Source of the DNA: Longimicrobiales bacterium
GTDB lineage: Bacteria > Gemmatimonadota > Gemmatimonadetes > Longimicrobiales > Gaopeijiaceae
Assembly (NCBI GenBank): GCA_965218295.1
Contig: CBDCKN010000015.1
Span: 128,001-192,000 of the forward strand
Length of the DNA stretch: 64,000 bases
Reading direction: 5' to 3'
The notes below the pieces were generated by a model. The model made no database searches. It was given only the letters and a program-made list of their open reading frames with translations, and was not told where the DNA came from. Positions 1 through 10,156 of this stretch are shown piece by piece (the first letter of the stretch is position 1; every line of letters begins with the position of its first letter). Position numbers and translations under genes: made by a program.

Positions 1-230
1 TCCTCCACCCCTGGGCCCAAAGCGTCCACCACCCCGGCCACGTCCGATCCGCCGATGTGGGGCATGGGGATCTCGAACGGGAGACCCCGCCGCGCCCAGA
101 GATCCAAATGGTTAAGGGAGGCCGCTCGCACCGCGATCCGGACCTGGCGCGAACCCGGTTCCGGCGTCTCGATCTCGGACACGTGAACCACCTCCGGTCC
201 ACCGTGCTCCGAGAAGATGGCCGCTCTCAT
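1..230 (-). CDS. MDR-family zinc-binding dehydrogenase / quinone oxidoreductase, 5' part (runs off window)
   Basis: Not in ORF track. Manual translation from ATG at 230: MRAAIFSEHGGPEVVHVSEIETPEPGSRQVRIAVRAASLNHLDLWARRGLPFEIPMPHIGGSDVAGVVDALGPGVE, a typical ADH_N/GroES-like start. Confidence 0.85.
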   Translation of the reverse strand, partial: MRAAIFSEHGGPEVVHVSEIETPEPGSRQVRIAVRAASLNHLDLWARRGLPFEIPMPHIGGSDVAGVVDALGPGVE

Positions 231-254
231 GCGGGTCACAGGCAGGGCGAAGCC

Positions 255-1568
255 CTAGCCGATCTCCTCCAGGACCTCCCTGAGCGTTTCGAGGACCTCG
301 CCACACTGCTCCTCCGAGAAGACCAGAGACGGTCGGAGACGAATCGAGCGCGGACCGCACGAGAGTACGGCGAGTCCCCGGTCCCAGCAGCCCTGCCAAA
401 GCTGTCCCCGAAGGTCTGCATTGGGCAGGTCCATGGCCACGAGGAGCCCCTTGCCGCGCACGTTGGTGACAATCTCGAAGTCCGCCGCCAAGCCCTCGAG
501 TCCCTCCTTGAGAAGGGCACCCACACAGGCGGCGTTCGCCACCAGCCCGTCTTCGTGGATGATCTCCAGGTACCGTACGCAGCGTACCATGTCAACCAGG
601 TTCCCGCCCCAGGTTGAGTTGATGCGGCTGGAGACATGGAAGACGTTCGTCTCCACCTCGTCGATGCGCCGCGTGCTCATGATCCCGCAGACCTGCGCCT
701 TCTTCCCGAAACAGATGATGTCGGGGGTCACCCCACACTGCTCGTAGGCCCACATCGTGCCTGTGGATCCCAAGCCCGTCTGGACCTCGTCGAAGATCAG
801 GAGCGCCTCACATCGGTCCGCGTACTCCCTGAGCTTGTGGAAGAACTCGGGACGGAAGTGGTGGTCGCCACCCTCCGCCTGGAGCGGCTCGAAGAGAATG
901 GCGGCGATCCCGTCAGGGTCGCTCTTGAAGGCCGCCTCGATCTCGGCACACGCCTCCTCCTCCTTGGCCGCGACCGCCTCCTCGTCCATTGGAAAGTCGA
1001 TGTAGGGGCTGGAGACGCGAGGCCAGTCGAACTGGGGAAAGTCCTTCGTCTTGGTGGGATCGGTGTTGGTGACCGAGAGGGTATAACCGCTTCGGCCATG
1101 GAACGCGTCCCTGAAGTGGAGGATCTTGTCCGCCCCTCCGTCGACGCCCCGGGCACGGTTTTTCTGGGCCTTCCAGTCGAAAGCGGCCTTCATGGCGTTC
1201 TCCACAGCCAGGGCTCCCCCGGCGATGAAGAACAGGTACCGGAAGTCGTCGGGGACGGCCAGCTCCCGGAAGGTCTTCACAAAAGCGGCAAATTCCTGGG
1301 AGTAGATGTCGCTGTTGGCCGGGTTGGCCAAGGCCGCCGTCATGAGGGACGTCCGGAATCCCTCGTCCTCCATCTTGGGGTGATTGTGGCCCACAGGGAG
1401 AGTGGCGAAGTACCCGTAACAGTCCAGGTACTCCTTCCCCTCCAAAGCGTCGACGATGACCGTATCGTGGGACTTCTCCAGGTCGATGACGACGTGGAAG
1501 CCATCGACGAGGATATTCTCTTCCAGGATCGGGAATACCTGGTCCGCAGGGATTCTGACTTCAGGCAT
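255..1568 (-). CDS. lat: L-lysine 6-transaminase (class III PLP aminotransferase)
   Basis: GALAVENAMKAAFDWK, FHGRSGYTLS, FDEVQTG, PLP Lys in FGKK, SRINSTWGG. Start placed at MPEVRIP (1568). Confidence 0.88.
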   Translation of the reverse strand: MPEVRIPADQVFPILEENILVDGFHVVIDLEKSHDTVIVDALEGKEYLDCYGYFATLPVGHNHPKMEDEGFRTSLMTAALANPANSDIYSQEFAAFVKTFRELAVPDDFRYLFFIAGGALAVENAMKAAFDWKAQKNRARGVDGGADKILHFRDAFHGRSGYTLSVTNTDPTKTKDFPQFDWPRVSSPYIDFPMDEEAVAAKEEEACAEIEAAFKSDPDGIAAILFEPLQAEGGDHHFRPEFFHKLREYADRCEALLIFDEVQTGLGSTGTMWAYEQCGVTPDIICFGKKAQVCGIMSTRRIDEVETNVFHVSSRINSTWGGNLVDMVRCVRYLEIIHEDGLVANAACVGALLKEGLEGLAADFEIVTNVRGKGLLVAMDLPNADLRGQLWQGCWDRGLAVLSCGPRSIRLRPSLVFSEEQCGEVLETLREVLEEIG

Positions 1569-1748
1569 TGTGCTCTCCAGGGGAATCGGGTTCGAAGCGC
1601 GACGAGATCGAGAACCCATGGAGCCGATCGAAACCTCCCACCAACCTCGAAGGAGGTCGGCTCCCGGGCTCAGTCCCCCGGGAGGTCGGGAGGGGCGAAG
1701 ATACCTGGGCGTGCGTCGAGAGGGCGTAGCGTCATCATGACGGTAATC

Positions 1749-1933
1749 TAGTGTTCCGTTGCCGAAGTTCGCGAGCCATCAAGAGGATCGGGGCGCCGTG
1801 GGATCAAGGCGGGACGACGCGGCGTAGCGCAAGCGGGCACCGCGCGAAGCGTGGTCGCAAGGAGTCCCAACGACCGAGCCCACGGATGCACCGTGCCCTC
1901 GACTGGCCGAGACACTTTGGCAACGGGACACTA
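1749..1933. mobile_element. MITE-like non-autonomous element, family A copy 1
   Basis: Terminal IR TAGTGTTCCGTTGCCGAAGT / TAGTGTCCCGTTGCCAAAGT (rc), TA at both ends, non-coding, near-identical copy at 27921-28086. Confidence 0.85.
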
Positions 1934-2014
1934 AGCCCACGGAGTGGGCACGTCTAACACCGTTCTCTTACCTTTCAGGACTTTCATGGCGACACGACCC
2001 GAGCAGCCAGGAGC

Positions 2015-2422
2015 ATGGAGGAATCACCGAGCCCACCGCCGGCGGGCGACGCCCCCGACGCCAACGCTGAGACCAGCACCGAGGAGACCGATGGCCTTGA
2101 GACCGACGTCCCCGACGCCACTCTGGGCGGCTACCTGAAGGTGCATGACCGGCCGCCCGCGTTCGAGGGCTCGGACGGCCAACCCTACACGGTATCCATA
2201 GAAGTCGAATCGGTGAGCAGTCTTCTTGCGCCCTACGTCGTCTACCTCGTGTTCCCCCGCTGGGCCGAGACCGGCCTGGGCATCGTGGGACACGTAGAGA
2301 CACCGGTGTTGTGGGAGGGCAAGGGGCGTGACGAGGTGCGGAGCCAAGCGGAGGAGCTTCCTCTCGGAGAGGTGAAGCGGCTGCTCGACGAGGCCATTCT
2401 CCGCAAGAACGGACAAGACTGA
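2015..2422 (+). CDS. Hypothetical protein
   Basis: 135-aa ORF with GGAG RBS, natural composition (TLGGYLKVHDRPPAFEGSDGQPYTVSIEVE). Confidence 0.7.
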   Translation: MEESPSPPPAGDAPDANAETSTEETDGLETDVPDATLGGYLKVHDRPPAFEGSDGQPYTVSIEVESVSSLLAPYVVYLVFPRWAETGLGIVGHVETPVLWEGKGRDEVRSQAEELPLGEVKRLLDEAILRKNGQD

Positions 2423-2433
2423 GCCGAGCATAG

Positions 2434-2905
2434 ATGCTGCGTAAGGGATTTATCTTCCTCTCGGAATCACGGGCCGCTTAAAAAGCTCGTCACCGGAACG
2501 CCGCTCAGGGCCATGAGCCGCCGCTTCGTACCCGGGGACACCGTGGACGAGCTGGTCTCGGCCATCCGTGGAGCGAACGTCCAGAGGCTGTCGGTGACGG
2601 CCAACTACCTCGGGGAGGCCGAGAAGAGCGAGACCACCGCACGGGAAGCCACTGATCACTACATTGCCATCCTCGACCGGATCGGAGGGGATCGACTGGA
2701 CGCCAACGTCTCCGTAAAGTTCACGCAGTTGGGCCAAGCCATCGGCGAGGAGTTCCTGGCCGAAAACCTGGGCCGCGTCCTGGACTCTGCGAAGGAGCAC
2801 GACGTCTTCATTCCCTTCGACATGGAGTCGTCGGCGTACACGGAGCGGACATTGGAAGCGTTCGAGAAGATCTGGGCGCACAAGAGCAGGAGGAACGACG
2901 CATGA
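2434..2905 (+). pseudogene. Monofunctional proline dehydrogenase fragment (frameshifted and 3'-truncated)
   Basis: MLRKGFIFLSESRAA* (TAA 2479) continues in +1 frame as KKLVTGTPLRAMSRRFVPGDT...YLGE...VSVKFTQLG...FDMESS. Stops at about half of a normal ProDH, before the QAYL and RLVKGAY motifs. Confidence 0.8.
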
Positions 2906-3579
2906 GCGAAACCGGTGCGCCCTTCCTCCGGGTGACGGAGATCTTCCATTCCATCCAGGGTGAGTCCACCTGGTCGGGCTTCCCGTGCACCTTCGTGCGC
3001 CTCACGGGGTGCCCGCTGCGGTGTGTGTGGTGCGATACGGAGTACGCCTTCCATGGAGGCGAGCGCGTGGCCCTCGATACGATCGTAGCCAAGGTGCGCT
3101 CCATCGGCACACGCTTGGTCGAGATCACTGGAGGCGAGCCTTTGGTGCATCCCAACGCCTTCCGCCTCGCCGAAATGCTCCTGAACAACGGGTTCACGGT
3201 TCTCGTGGAGACTTCGGGCTCGGTCGACGTAGCCCCGCTGGACCCGCGAGCGCACAAGATCATGGACCTCAAGTGCCCCGGCTCCGGCGAGGTCGACAAG
3301 AACCTCTGGGACAACCTCGACCAGCTGACGGTGCGCGACGAGGTGAAGTTCGTCCTAGCCGACCGCACGGACTACGAGTGGACGAGGGACGTCATCCGCG
3401 AGCGGGAGCTCGACCGTCGACTGGAGGATGGTAGGCTGGCCGCCCTCCTGGTCTCACCCGTGTGGGACGGGCTCGACCTCGCTGATCTGGCCCGCTGGGT
3501 TCTCGAGGACCGGCTCCCCGTCCGCCTCCAGACGCAGCTCCACAAGCACATCTGGGAGCCCGACGCCAGGGGCGTCTGA
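2902..3579 (+). CDS. queE: 7-carboxy-7-deazaguanine synthase (radical SAM)
   Basis: EIFHSIQGES, FVRLTGCPLRCVWCDT (CxxxCxxC), TGGEPL, ETSG, QLHKHIW. Confidence 0.9.
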   Translation: MSETGAPFLRVTEIFHSIQGESTWSGFPCTFVRLTGCPLRCVWCDTEYAFHGGERVALDTIVAKVRSIGTRLVEITGGEPLVHPNAFRLAEMLLNNGFTVLVETSGSVDVAPLDPRAHKIMDLKCPGSGEVDKNLWDNLDQLTVRDEVKFVLADRTDYEWTRDVIRERELDRRLEDGRLAALLVSPVWDGLDLADLARWVLEDRLPVRLQTQLHKHIWEPDARGV

Positions 3580-3649
3580 GTCCCCTCGGACTCGGTCGCC
3601 GCCCGGGCAGCCTGAACCTCGCCGCCTGCCCCGGGGGTATGCGGGAGCC

Positions 3650-4261
3650 GTGACCCATTCCCACTCACCTCCGGACGCCCGTCTTCAGAGGCTGATGGAC
3701 CTCCTCGCCAGCGACGGCGGGGCCGCGAGCGATCCCCAGCCATTGGAAGGGCACGCCCAGGCCGCGGTGTCCCTGGTCCTGCGGACCGCCGCCGACCTGG
3801 AGGTTCTCCTGATCAAGCGTGCGGAGTCGGAGCGGGATCCCTGGTCGGGACACATGGCGCTGCCCGGTGGCCGGAGAGAGCCGGGCGACCCCGACCTCGT
3901 CGGTACGGCCATCCGGGAGACTGCCGAGGAGACGGGCGTCGAGCTGGGGGCCCGGGGATGGCGCCTGGGCCGTCTGGCGGAGGTGTCGCCGACCGGCAAG
4001 CGTCTTCCCCGCCTCACCATCGTGCCATACGTCTTCGGGGTCCCTCCTGACGTCACGGCTTCGGTGAACTCATCAGAGGTCGAGTCGGTGATGTGGATTG
4101 ATCTCTCCACGCTCCGCGATCCCGAAATCCGCCAAACGACCACGATCCACCTTCCCGAGGGCCCCAGGGCCTTCCCATGCCTCCAGGTGGGTGAGCACGC
4201 GGTGTGGGGGCTGACGTACGGGATCCTCACGGGGTTCCTCGAGCTCTTCGACGGAGCCTAG
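3650..4261 (+). CDS. Nudix hydrolase, CoA pyrophosphatase (NudL-like)
   Basis: WSGHMALPGG followed by Nudix box TAIRETAEETGV; VWGLT motif. GTG start at 3650 after GGAG. Confidence 0.85.
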   Translation: MTHSHSPPDARLQRLMDLLASDGGAASDPQPLEGHAQAAVSLVLRTAADLEVLLIKRAESERDPWSGHMALPGGRREPGDPDLVGTAIRETAEETGVELGARGWRLGRLAEVSPTGKRLPRLTIVPYVFGVPPDVTASVNSSEVESVMWIDLSTLRDPEIRQTTTIHLPEGPRAFPCLQVGEHAVWGLTYGILTGFLELFDGA

Positions 4262-4263
4262 CG

Positions 4264-5355
4264 TCAGGGGCTCTCCACCCACTCGGCGATGAAGATGTTG
4301 GTCTCGCCCTCCTCGGCCTGGTCCCGGTTCGAGCCCCAGACCAGGTAGCGGCCTTCCGGGCTGAAGACGGGGAAGCCGTCGAACCCGTCCGAGTACGTGA
4401 TCCGCTCCAGACCAGAGCCGTCCTCGTTGACCATGTAGAGCTCGAAATCACGGCCGGTCGGATCATCCATGTTCGACGCGAAGATGATCTTGGTCCCCGA
4501 AGGGTGCCAATACGGACCGAAGTTCGCCGCTCCGTTGTGCGTGATCTCCGTCTGATCCGATCCATCGGCATTCATGACGAAGACCTCGAGAACGCTCGGC
4601 CTTATCAGACCGTCGGCGAGAAGTGAAGTGTAGTCCTCGACCTCCCGGGGATCCGTTGGACGATGGGCCCGATACACGATCTTCGACCCGTCCGGTGAGT
4701 AGAAAGGACCTCCGTCGTACCCCATGGTGTCCGTGAGCCGCTCGACATCTGAGCCGTCCGGCGCCATGGAGTAGATGTCCAGATCGCCATCGCGCATGGA
4801 CGTGAATACCACGCGATCCCCTACCGGCGAGAATGTCGCCTCGGCGTCGTATCCGAAGGTGCTCGTCAACTGCGTGAGGTTCGACCCGTCCGCGTCAGCC
4901 ATGAAGATGTCGTAGCTGGGATAGACCGCCCAGACGTAGCCCCGGGAGAAATCCGGGACGGCCGGGCAGGCGCTGGCGTAGTGGTGGGTCGAGGAGTAGA
5001 GAATCTTGTCGCCGGCCGGGTAGTAATACGAGCACGTCGTCCTACCCTGGCCGGTGCTGAGCATATGCACGTCGCTTCCGTCCAGCGACATCGTGTAGAT
5101 TTGATCGCACCCCCCGCTGCGCGGTGTGGACTGGAAGATCAGCCGGGTGCCGTCGAACGAGAAGTAGGCCTCCGCGCTCTCGCCCTCGAAGGTGAGCTGA
5201 CGGACGTTTCGCAGGTGGACCTCCTGCGACTGCGGGGGCGAATAGCCCCACGGATCCGGTGTGTGGTCGGAAGCGTGTGGGGTCGGACCGGCTGCGGAGA
5301 GCATGAAGGCCGCGACCATGCCGGCAGCAGTCGCCGGCTCTACCAGGGAAAACAT
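4264..5355 (-). CDS. Exported TolB-like / PD40 beta-propeller protein
   Basis: Signal-peptide-like N-terminus; repeated AYFSFDG, ATFSPVG, PFYSPDG, PVFSPEG blades. Confidence 0.85.
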   Translation of the reverse strand: MFSLVEPATAAGMVAAFMLSAAGPTPHASDHTPDPWGYSPPQSQEVHLRNVRQLTFEGESAEAYFSFDGTRLIFQSTPRSGGCDQIYTMSLDGSDVHMLSTGQGRTTCSYYYPAGDKILYSSTHHYASACPAVPDFSRGYVWAVYPSYDIFMADADGSNLTQLTSTFGYDAEATFSPVGDRVVFTSMRDGDLDIYSMAPDGSDVERLTDTMGYDGGPFYSPDGSKIVYRAHRPTDPREVEDYTSLLADGLIRPSVLEVFVMNADGSDQTEITHNGAANFGPYWHPSGTKIIFASNMDDPTGRDFELYMVNEDGSGLERITYSDGFDGFPVFSPEGRYLVWGSNRDQAEEGETNIFIAEWVESP

Positions 5356-5380
5356 TCAATGTCCTCCAAGAGGATGATCG

Positions 5381-7159
5381 ATGTCTAGATTATTCACCTT
5401 CCTCGCAGCACTCGTGGGTGGATTCGCGCTGGCGAGCCCCACCGGCCTCGTAGCGGGCCAGATGACCCAGAACTGCCCCGAGGCGGCGAGTCCCACACGG
5501 GCGTCCGCCGGTGCCCTGGCACATGTTCGTTATCTGGCGGACGACGCCCTAGAGGGCCGCGAGGTCGGCTCCCGGGGAGCTCGTTGTGCCGCAGATTACA
5601 TCGCCAGCCGTTTCGAGGCCCTCGGACTCGAGGGTGCCGGACTGGGCGGCAGCTACTTCCAGAGCTTCGACATTCGTGCGGGCTCGGCCCTCGTAGCCGG
5701 CAACGAGCTCCTGGTCGACGAGGCCAGCTACCCCGTCGAATTCGACTGGATCCCGTTTGGATACTCGGCAACCGATGCCGTCACAGTACCCCTGATCTAC
5801 GGGGGGGACGGCATCAACCGGCCGGGCGACCGGGACAACACTTATCCGATGCTCGCACTGGAGCACCGCATCGTCGTCGTCGAAGATGGGGACCTCGAAG
5901 CCCGCTCCAGCCGGGCCTTGCAGGCCGACCCCCACTTCAAGGCCTCGGTGGCGGCGGGCCGCGGAGCCTTCGGCCTCCTGGTGCTCATGCGCGAGGGGCA
6001 GAAGCTTCCCAGCTTGTTCGAGGAGACGCGAGCGGCCCTTCGCATTCCGGTCGCCGCCGTCCGCGGTGAAGCTGCCGACCGGATTCGACGGGCGGCCCAG
6101 GCCGGCGCGACCACCACGCTCCGAACCTCCGTGCAGCCGCGCGTGGCAGAGGCCAGGAACGTGGTCGCCTTGCTCCCCGGCTCCGACCGGGCCCTGGCCG
6201 ACGAGATCCTGATCGTCGGAGCACATTACGATCACCTTGGTCTCGGAGGCGACGGCTCCCTGGATCCCGACGCAACGGGCGCGGTCCACAACGGAGCCGA
6301 CGACAACGCCAGCGGATCGGCAGCGCTGATCGAGGTCGCTCAGAGGTTGGCGCAGGGCTCCCGACGCCCCGCCCGGACGGTCCTCTTCCTCGCCTTCACG
6401 GGTGAGGAGAAGGGTCTCTGGGGCTCAGCGCACTATGTGAGGAATCCCCTCGTCCCCCTCGAGCGATCGGTCGCAATGCTGAACATGGACATGGTGGGTC
6501 GCTTGGAGGGCCGCACACTCACCGTCATGGGCGTGGGCACCGCGGAGGAGTGGGAAGAGATCCTCGACGACGCCAACCGAGCGCTGGAGCGCCCCTTGCG
6601 TATCGCTACTTCTCATGACGGGTTCGGCCCCTCGGATCACTCCTCTTTCTACGGAGAGGGGATCCCGGTCCTGCACTTCTTCTCCAACACCCACGAGGAC
6701 TACCACCGGCCCTCGGACGACGTCGACAAGATCGATGGAGAGGGCCTCGAGCACATCGTCGAGCTCGTGACGGAGGTGGCCCTCGGGGTCGCCGGTGAGG
6801 AGGGATCGGACGAGCGCGTCGCCCTCACCCCCATCGAGGCGGTTGTGACACGGGTGCACGGCCAGTCGTCTTCGAGCACGAGTCGCGGGTACGGCCCCTA
6901 CCTCGGAACGATCCCGGACATGGTCCCCACCGACTTCGGTCTGCGTCTCTCGGGGGTCCGTGAGGGGAGCCCGGCTCACAAGGCCGGTCTCCAAAAGGGT
7001 GACGTGGTCGTCGAATTCGGAGGGAAAGAGGTCGGTGACATCTACGCCTACACGTATGCCCTGAGGGATCACGCTCCGGGCGACAAGGTAGACATCGTGG
7101 TGCTGCGGAACGGCGAGCGGGTGACCGTTACGGCGACCCTGGGGGATCGGCGGGAGTAG
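5381..7159 (+). CDS. Exported M28 family aminopeptidase with PA-like insert and C-terminal PDZ domain
   Basis: [42 protein letters not shown] (YLGTIPD...[13 protein letters not shown]). Confidence 0.9.
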   Translation: MSRLFTFLAALVGGFALASPTGLVAGQMTQNCPEAASPTRASAGALAHVRYLADDALEGREVGSRGARCAADYIASRFEALGLEGAGLGGSYFQSFDIRAGSALVAGNELLVDEASYPVEFDWIPFGYSATDAVTVPLIYGGDGINRPGDRDNTYPMLALEHRIVVVEDGDLEARSSRALQADPHFKASVAAGRGAFGLLVLMREGQKLPSLFEETRAALRIPVAAVRGEAADRIRRAAQAGATTTLRTSVQPRVAEARNVVALLPGSDRALADEILIVGAHYDHLGLGGDGSLDPDATGAVHNGADDNASGSAALIEVAQRLAQGSRRPARTVLFLAFTGEEKGLWGSAHYVRNPLVPLERSVAMLNMDMVGRLEGRTLTVMGVGTAEEWEEILDDANRALERPLRIATSHDGFGPSDHSSFYGEGIPVLHFFSNTHEDYHRPSDDVDKIDGEGLEHIVELVTEVALGVAGEEGSDERVALTPIEAVVTRVHGQSSSSTSRGYGPYLGTIPDMVPTDFGLRLSGVREGSPAHKAGLQKGDVVVEFGGKEVGDIYAYTYALRDHAPGDKVDIVVLRNGERVTVTATLGDRRE

Positions 7160-9668
7160 CGACCGCCGCCCCCCCTGCCCCGAGCAGATCCAGTTGCCCG
7201 GGAGGCTCCTCTCCCTCGGGCCCCCTACGGGCCCCGGCGGCTCCGTAAGCCCGTGTTACCTCCACGACTCGGTCGCCACCCTCCAGCTCCACCAGCCGGC
7301 GCCCCTGTGTCCTTCTGCCCTGCGCGGGGACCTCGTCGGCAATCAGTCGCGTGACCCTCCCCCCGGCCGTCACGACCATGACCTCGTCGCTCTCCAACAC
7401 CTCAAGAGCCGATACGAGGGTGCTCTCATCCCCGGATGGCACGGCCATGGTGCCCAACCCTCCTCGCTTCTGTAGGGGGAAATCGCCCACCGCGGTCTTC
7501 TTGCCGAGTCCCCCATCCGTAACGCTCATCACCCAGGCGTCCCGGCGGATGAGGAGCAGTCCCACCACCGAGTCACCGTCCTTCAGGTCGATGCCCTTCA
7601 CGCCCTGAGCCGTACGTCCCAGCACGGAGAGGTCGGACTCGGGAAAGCGGATGGCCCTCCCCGCTCTCGTGATGAGCATGACCTCTCCGGTCCCGTCCGA
7701 GAGTCGGACGTCCAGAATTCGGTCCCCCTCCTTCACGCCGGACGCGATCATCCCCCCTGCGCGCGTATTCGCGAACTCGGCGAGCCTGGAGCGCTTCATC
7801 ACGCCTTTTTCGGAGATGAACACGACAAACCGATCGGCGCTCAGGTCGTCTGCCGCCAGCATGGTTACGATGGCATCGCCGCGATCCCCCCTGGTCAGGG
7901 CGTAGATGGGCTGTCCTCTGGACGCCCTGCCTCCCTCGGGCACGTCGAGGACCGGTAAGAAGTGCACATGGCCCCTCTCGGTGAAGGCCAGCAGCCAGCC
8001 CTGCGTGCGCGCGACGAAGATCCGCTCCAGATAGTCGTCCTCGAAGCGCTCCATGCCGGCGAGAGCCTTCCCCGACGACACGCGGCGCCGGTAGAGATGC
8101 ATGGGAATTCGCTTCACGAAGCCCTCGTGGCTCACCGTGATGACCACGTCCTCGTCCGCCACCGTGTCCTCCACGGCGACCTCCTCGGACTCGTCCTCCT
8201 CGAGGATCACGGTGCGCCGGTCGTCCCCGTACTTCTCCACGAGCTCGTCGAGCTCCTCGATCATGATCTCGAGCTTCCGGGCCTCGCTCTTGAGCACTCC
8301 CTTCAGATCCTTGATGGTCGCCTTGAGCTCCTTCAGCCGCTTCTTGAGCTGGTCCCGCTCCAGGGCCGTGAGCCTGGCAAGCCGCATGTTGAGGATCGCA
8401 TCGGCCTGGATCTCCGAGAGGCCCAGGAGATCCTGCAACCGCTCGGCGGCCTCCGACCGGTCCTTGGACCTGCGGATGATGGCGATGACTTTCTCGATAG
8501 CGCCCAGAGCCGCCAACAGGCCCTCAACCGTGTGCTTCTCCGCCTCGGCCTGCTCGAGATCGTGCCGGGAGCGACGCTGGATGACCTCGATGCGGTGATC
8601 GCGGAAGCGCTCCAGAAGCTCGAGGAGCGTGAACTCCTTCGGCTCGCCGTGATCCAGGGCGATGAGGATGGCCCCGAACGTGGATTGGAGGCTGGTCTTC
8701 TTGTGGAGGAGCTGGATGACCTTGGCGGCCTTGGCTCCCCTCTTGAGCTCGATCACGAGTCGCAGGCCGTCCCGATCCGACTCGTCACGGATGTCGGCGA
8801 GGTCGTCGATCCTCCCCTTCCGGGCGAGGCCCGCGATCTGCTGGATGATCCTGGATTTGGAGACCGCGTACGGCAGCTCGGTGACGACGAGCTGTTCCTT
8901 CCCGCCCCTCAGGGCCTCCTTGACGATGCGGGCCCGCATGACCACACGACCGCGCCCATTCTCGTACATGTCGCGGATCCCGTCGCGACCCACGATGAAT
9001 CCCCCTGTCGGGAAATCGGGGCCGGGCAGGTGGCGCATCACAACGTCGAGGGACGGCTCGGGCTCTTCGATCAGAGCCTTCAGAGCGGCCGCTACCTCCC
9101 GGAGGTTGTGAGGCGGGACGTTGGTACTGAGGCCAACCGCGATCCCGGATGATCCGTTGACCAGCAGGTTCGGGACCCGCGAGGGCAAGACAGTGGGCTC
9201 GGTGCGCTGCCCGTCGAAGTTGTCCGCGACATCGACCGTCTCCTTCTCGATGTCGGCCAGGATCTCCTCGGCGATCAGGGCGAGCTTGGCCTCGGTGTAC
9301 CGGTACGCTGCCGCAGAGTCCCCATCGATAGAGCCGAAGTTGCCCTGCCCGTCTACGAGGGGATACCGGAGCGAGAAGTCCTGCACCATCCGGACCAAGG
9401 CGTCATAGACGGCCGAGTCTCCGTGTGGGTGGTACTTGCCTAGCACGTCCCCGACGACCGTAGCGCTCTTCTTGTACGGTCTGTCCGGCCTCAACCCAAG
9501 CTCATGCATCGCGAAGAGAATGCGCCGGTGGACGGGCTTGAGTCCGTCCCGCACGTCCGGCAGAGCCCTCTGCACGATCACGCTCATTGAGTAGTCCAGG
9601 AATGATTCGCGCATCTCTTCCTCGATGAGCCTGGGAAGGATGCGCTCGCGGGTCTGGGCCGTCATCAC
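7128..9668 (-). CDS. Type IIA topoisomerase subunit A (GyrA/ParC family; probably topo IV-like)
   Basis: [29 protein letters not shown], catalytic AAAYRYTEA, beta-pinwheel CTD. The GyrA-box position reads RRVSSGKA. Confidence 0.9.
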   Translation of the reverse strand: MMTAQTRERILPRLIEEEMRESFLDYSMSVIVQRALPDVRDGLKPVHRRILFAMHELGLRPDRPYKKSATVVGDVLGKYHPHGDSAVYDALVRMVQDFSLRYPLVDGQGNFGSIDGDSAAAYRYTEAKLALIAEEILADIEKETVDVADNFDGQRTEPTVLPSRVPNLLVNGSSGIAVGLSTNVPPHNLREVAAALKALIEEPEPSLDVVMRHLPGPDFPTGGFIVGRDGIRDMYENGRGRVVMRARIVKEALRGGKEQLVVTELPYAVSKSRIIQQIAGLARKGRIDDLADIRDESDRDGLRLVIELKRGAKAAKVIQLLHKKTSLQSTFGAILIALDHGEPKEFTLLELLERFRDHRIEVIQRRSRHDLEQAEAEKHTVEGLLAALGAIEKVIAIIRRSKDRSEAAERLQDLLGLSEIQADAILNMRLARLTALERDQLKKRLKELKATIKDLKGVLKSEARKLEIMIEELDELVEKYGDDRRTVILEEDESEEVAVEDTVADEDVVITVSHEGFVKRIPMHLYRRRVSSGKALAGMERFEDDYLERIFVARTQGWLLAFTERGHVHFLPVLDVPEGGRASRGQPIYALTRGDRGDAIVTMLAADDLSADRFVVFISEKGVMKRSRLAEFANTRAGGMIASGVKEGDRILDVRLSDGTGEVMLITRAGRAIRFPESDLSVLGRTAQGVKGIDLKDGDSVVGLLLIRRDAWVMSVTDGGLGKKTAVGDFPLQKRGGLGTMAVPSGDESTLVSALEVLESDEVMVVTAGGRVTRLIADEVPAQGRRTQGRRLVELEGGDRVVEVTRAYGAAGARRGPEGEEPPGQLDLLGAGGAAVATPADPPGSP

Positions 9669-9835
9669 AACTCCTGCTGAGCCGAAGGCAAACCGAAAAT
9701 AGACGTCGGGCGACGCGACGATGGGCGTACGATCTCAGGATCGTCGAGGCAAATCAAGGCGGGGCCAAAAGCGAGAGCCGCGAGTTGAATTCGACTCGCG
9801 GCTCCGTGGTCCTGACGGGGCTGACCGGCGGGGGA

Positions 9836-10156
9836 TTACCCTCCTTGGGCGCCCTCCGCGGCCAGGGCTTGGAGGACGCGACCCTTCAGCTCCTCCGAGG
9901 CATACCCGTCTCTCTGGGAACGGCCGAGGGCCTCGAGGAAGTGCCTCTCGAACTGGGCCCTGGGGTAGCACGCCTTGCAGACCTCGAGGTGAAGGCGTAC
10001 CTCCTCCTGGGACATGTCGTCCAGCTCGCCGTCCAGGTACTCGAACAGCCTGGCCACGGCCTCGTCGCAGGAGATCATCCCTCCGGAGGAGTCGCTGCCG
10101 GCGCCGGCGCCCCCGGAAAGCCCGAACAGTCTCTTCAACCTATCGAAAGCAGTCAC
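9836..10156 (-). CDS. Zinc-binding (zf-HC2/ZAS) anti-sigma factor
   Basis: ISCDEAVARLFEYLDGEL...HLEVCKAC (HxxxCxxC); abuts the ECF sigma gene. Confidence 0.85.
   Translation of the reverse strand: MTAFDRLKRLFGLSGGAGAGSDSSGGMISCDEAVARLFEYLDGELDDMSQEEVRLHLEVCKACYPRAQFERHFLEALGRSQRDGYASEELKGRVLQALAAEGAQGG

Noticed and set aside
1751..1957. 68-aa ORF, plus similar ORFs at 27884-28087 and 27920-28750
   Set aside because: The first two are translations of the MITE, so their similarity reflects the DNA repeat; the third is a CHASE2 antisense shadow running into the MITE.
2470..2490. Programmed frameshift in ProDH (TTAAAAAG)
   Set aside because: Only five A's, the needed shift is +1 rather than -1, and the gene is also truncated.
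2902..3579. queE as part of a 7-deazaguanine DNA-modification (dpd) system
   Set aside because: No dpdA/tgt-like or other que genes are nearby; a housekeeping queuosine role is simpler.
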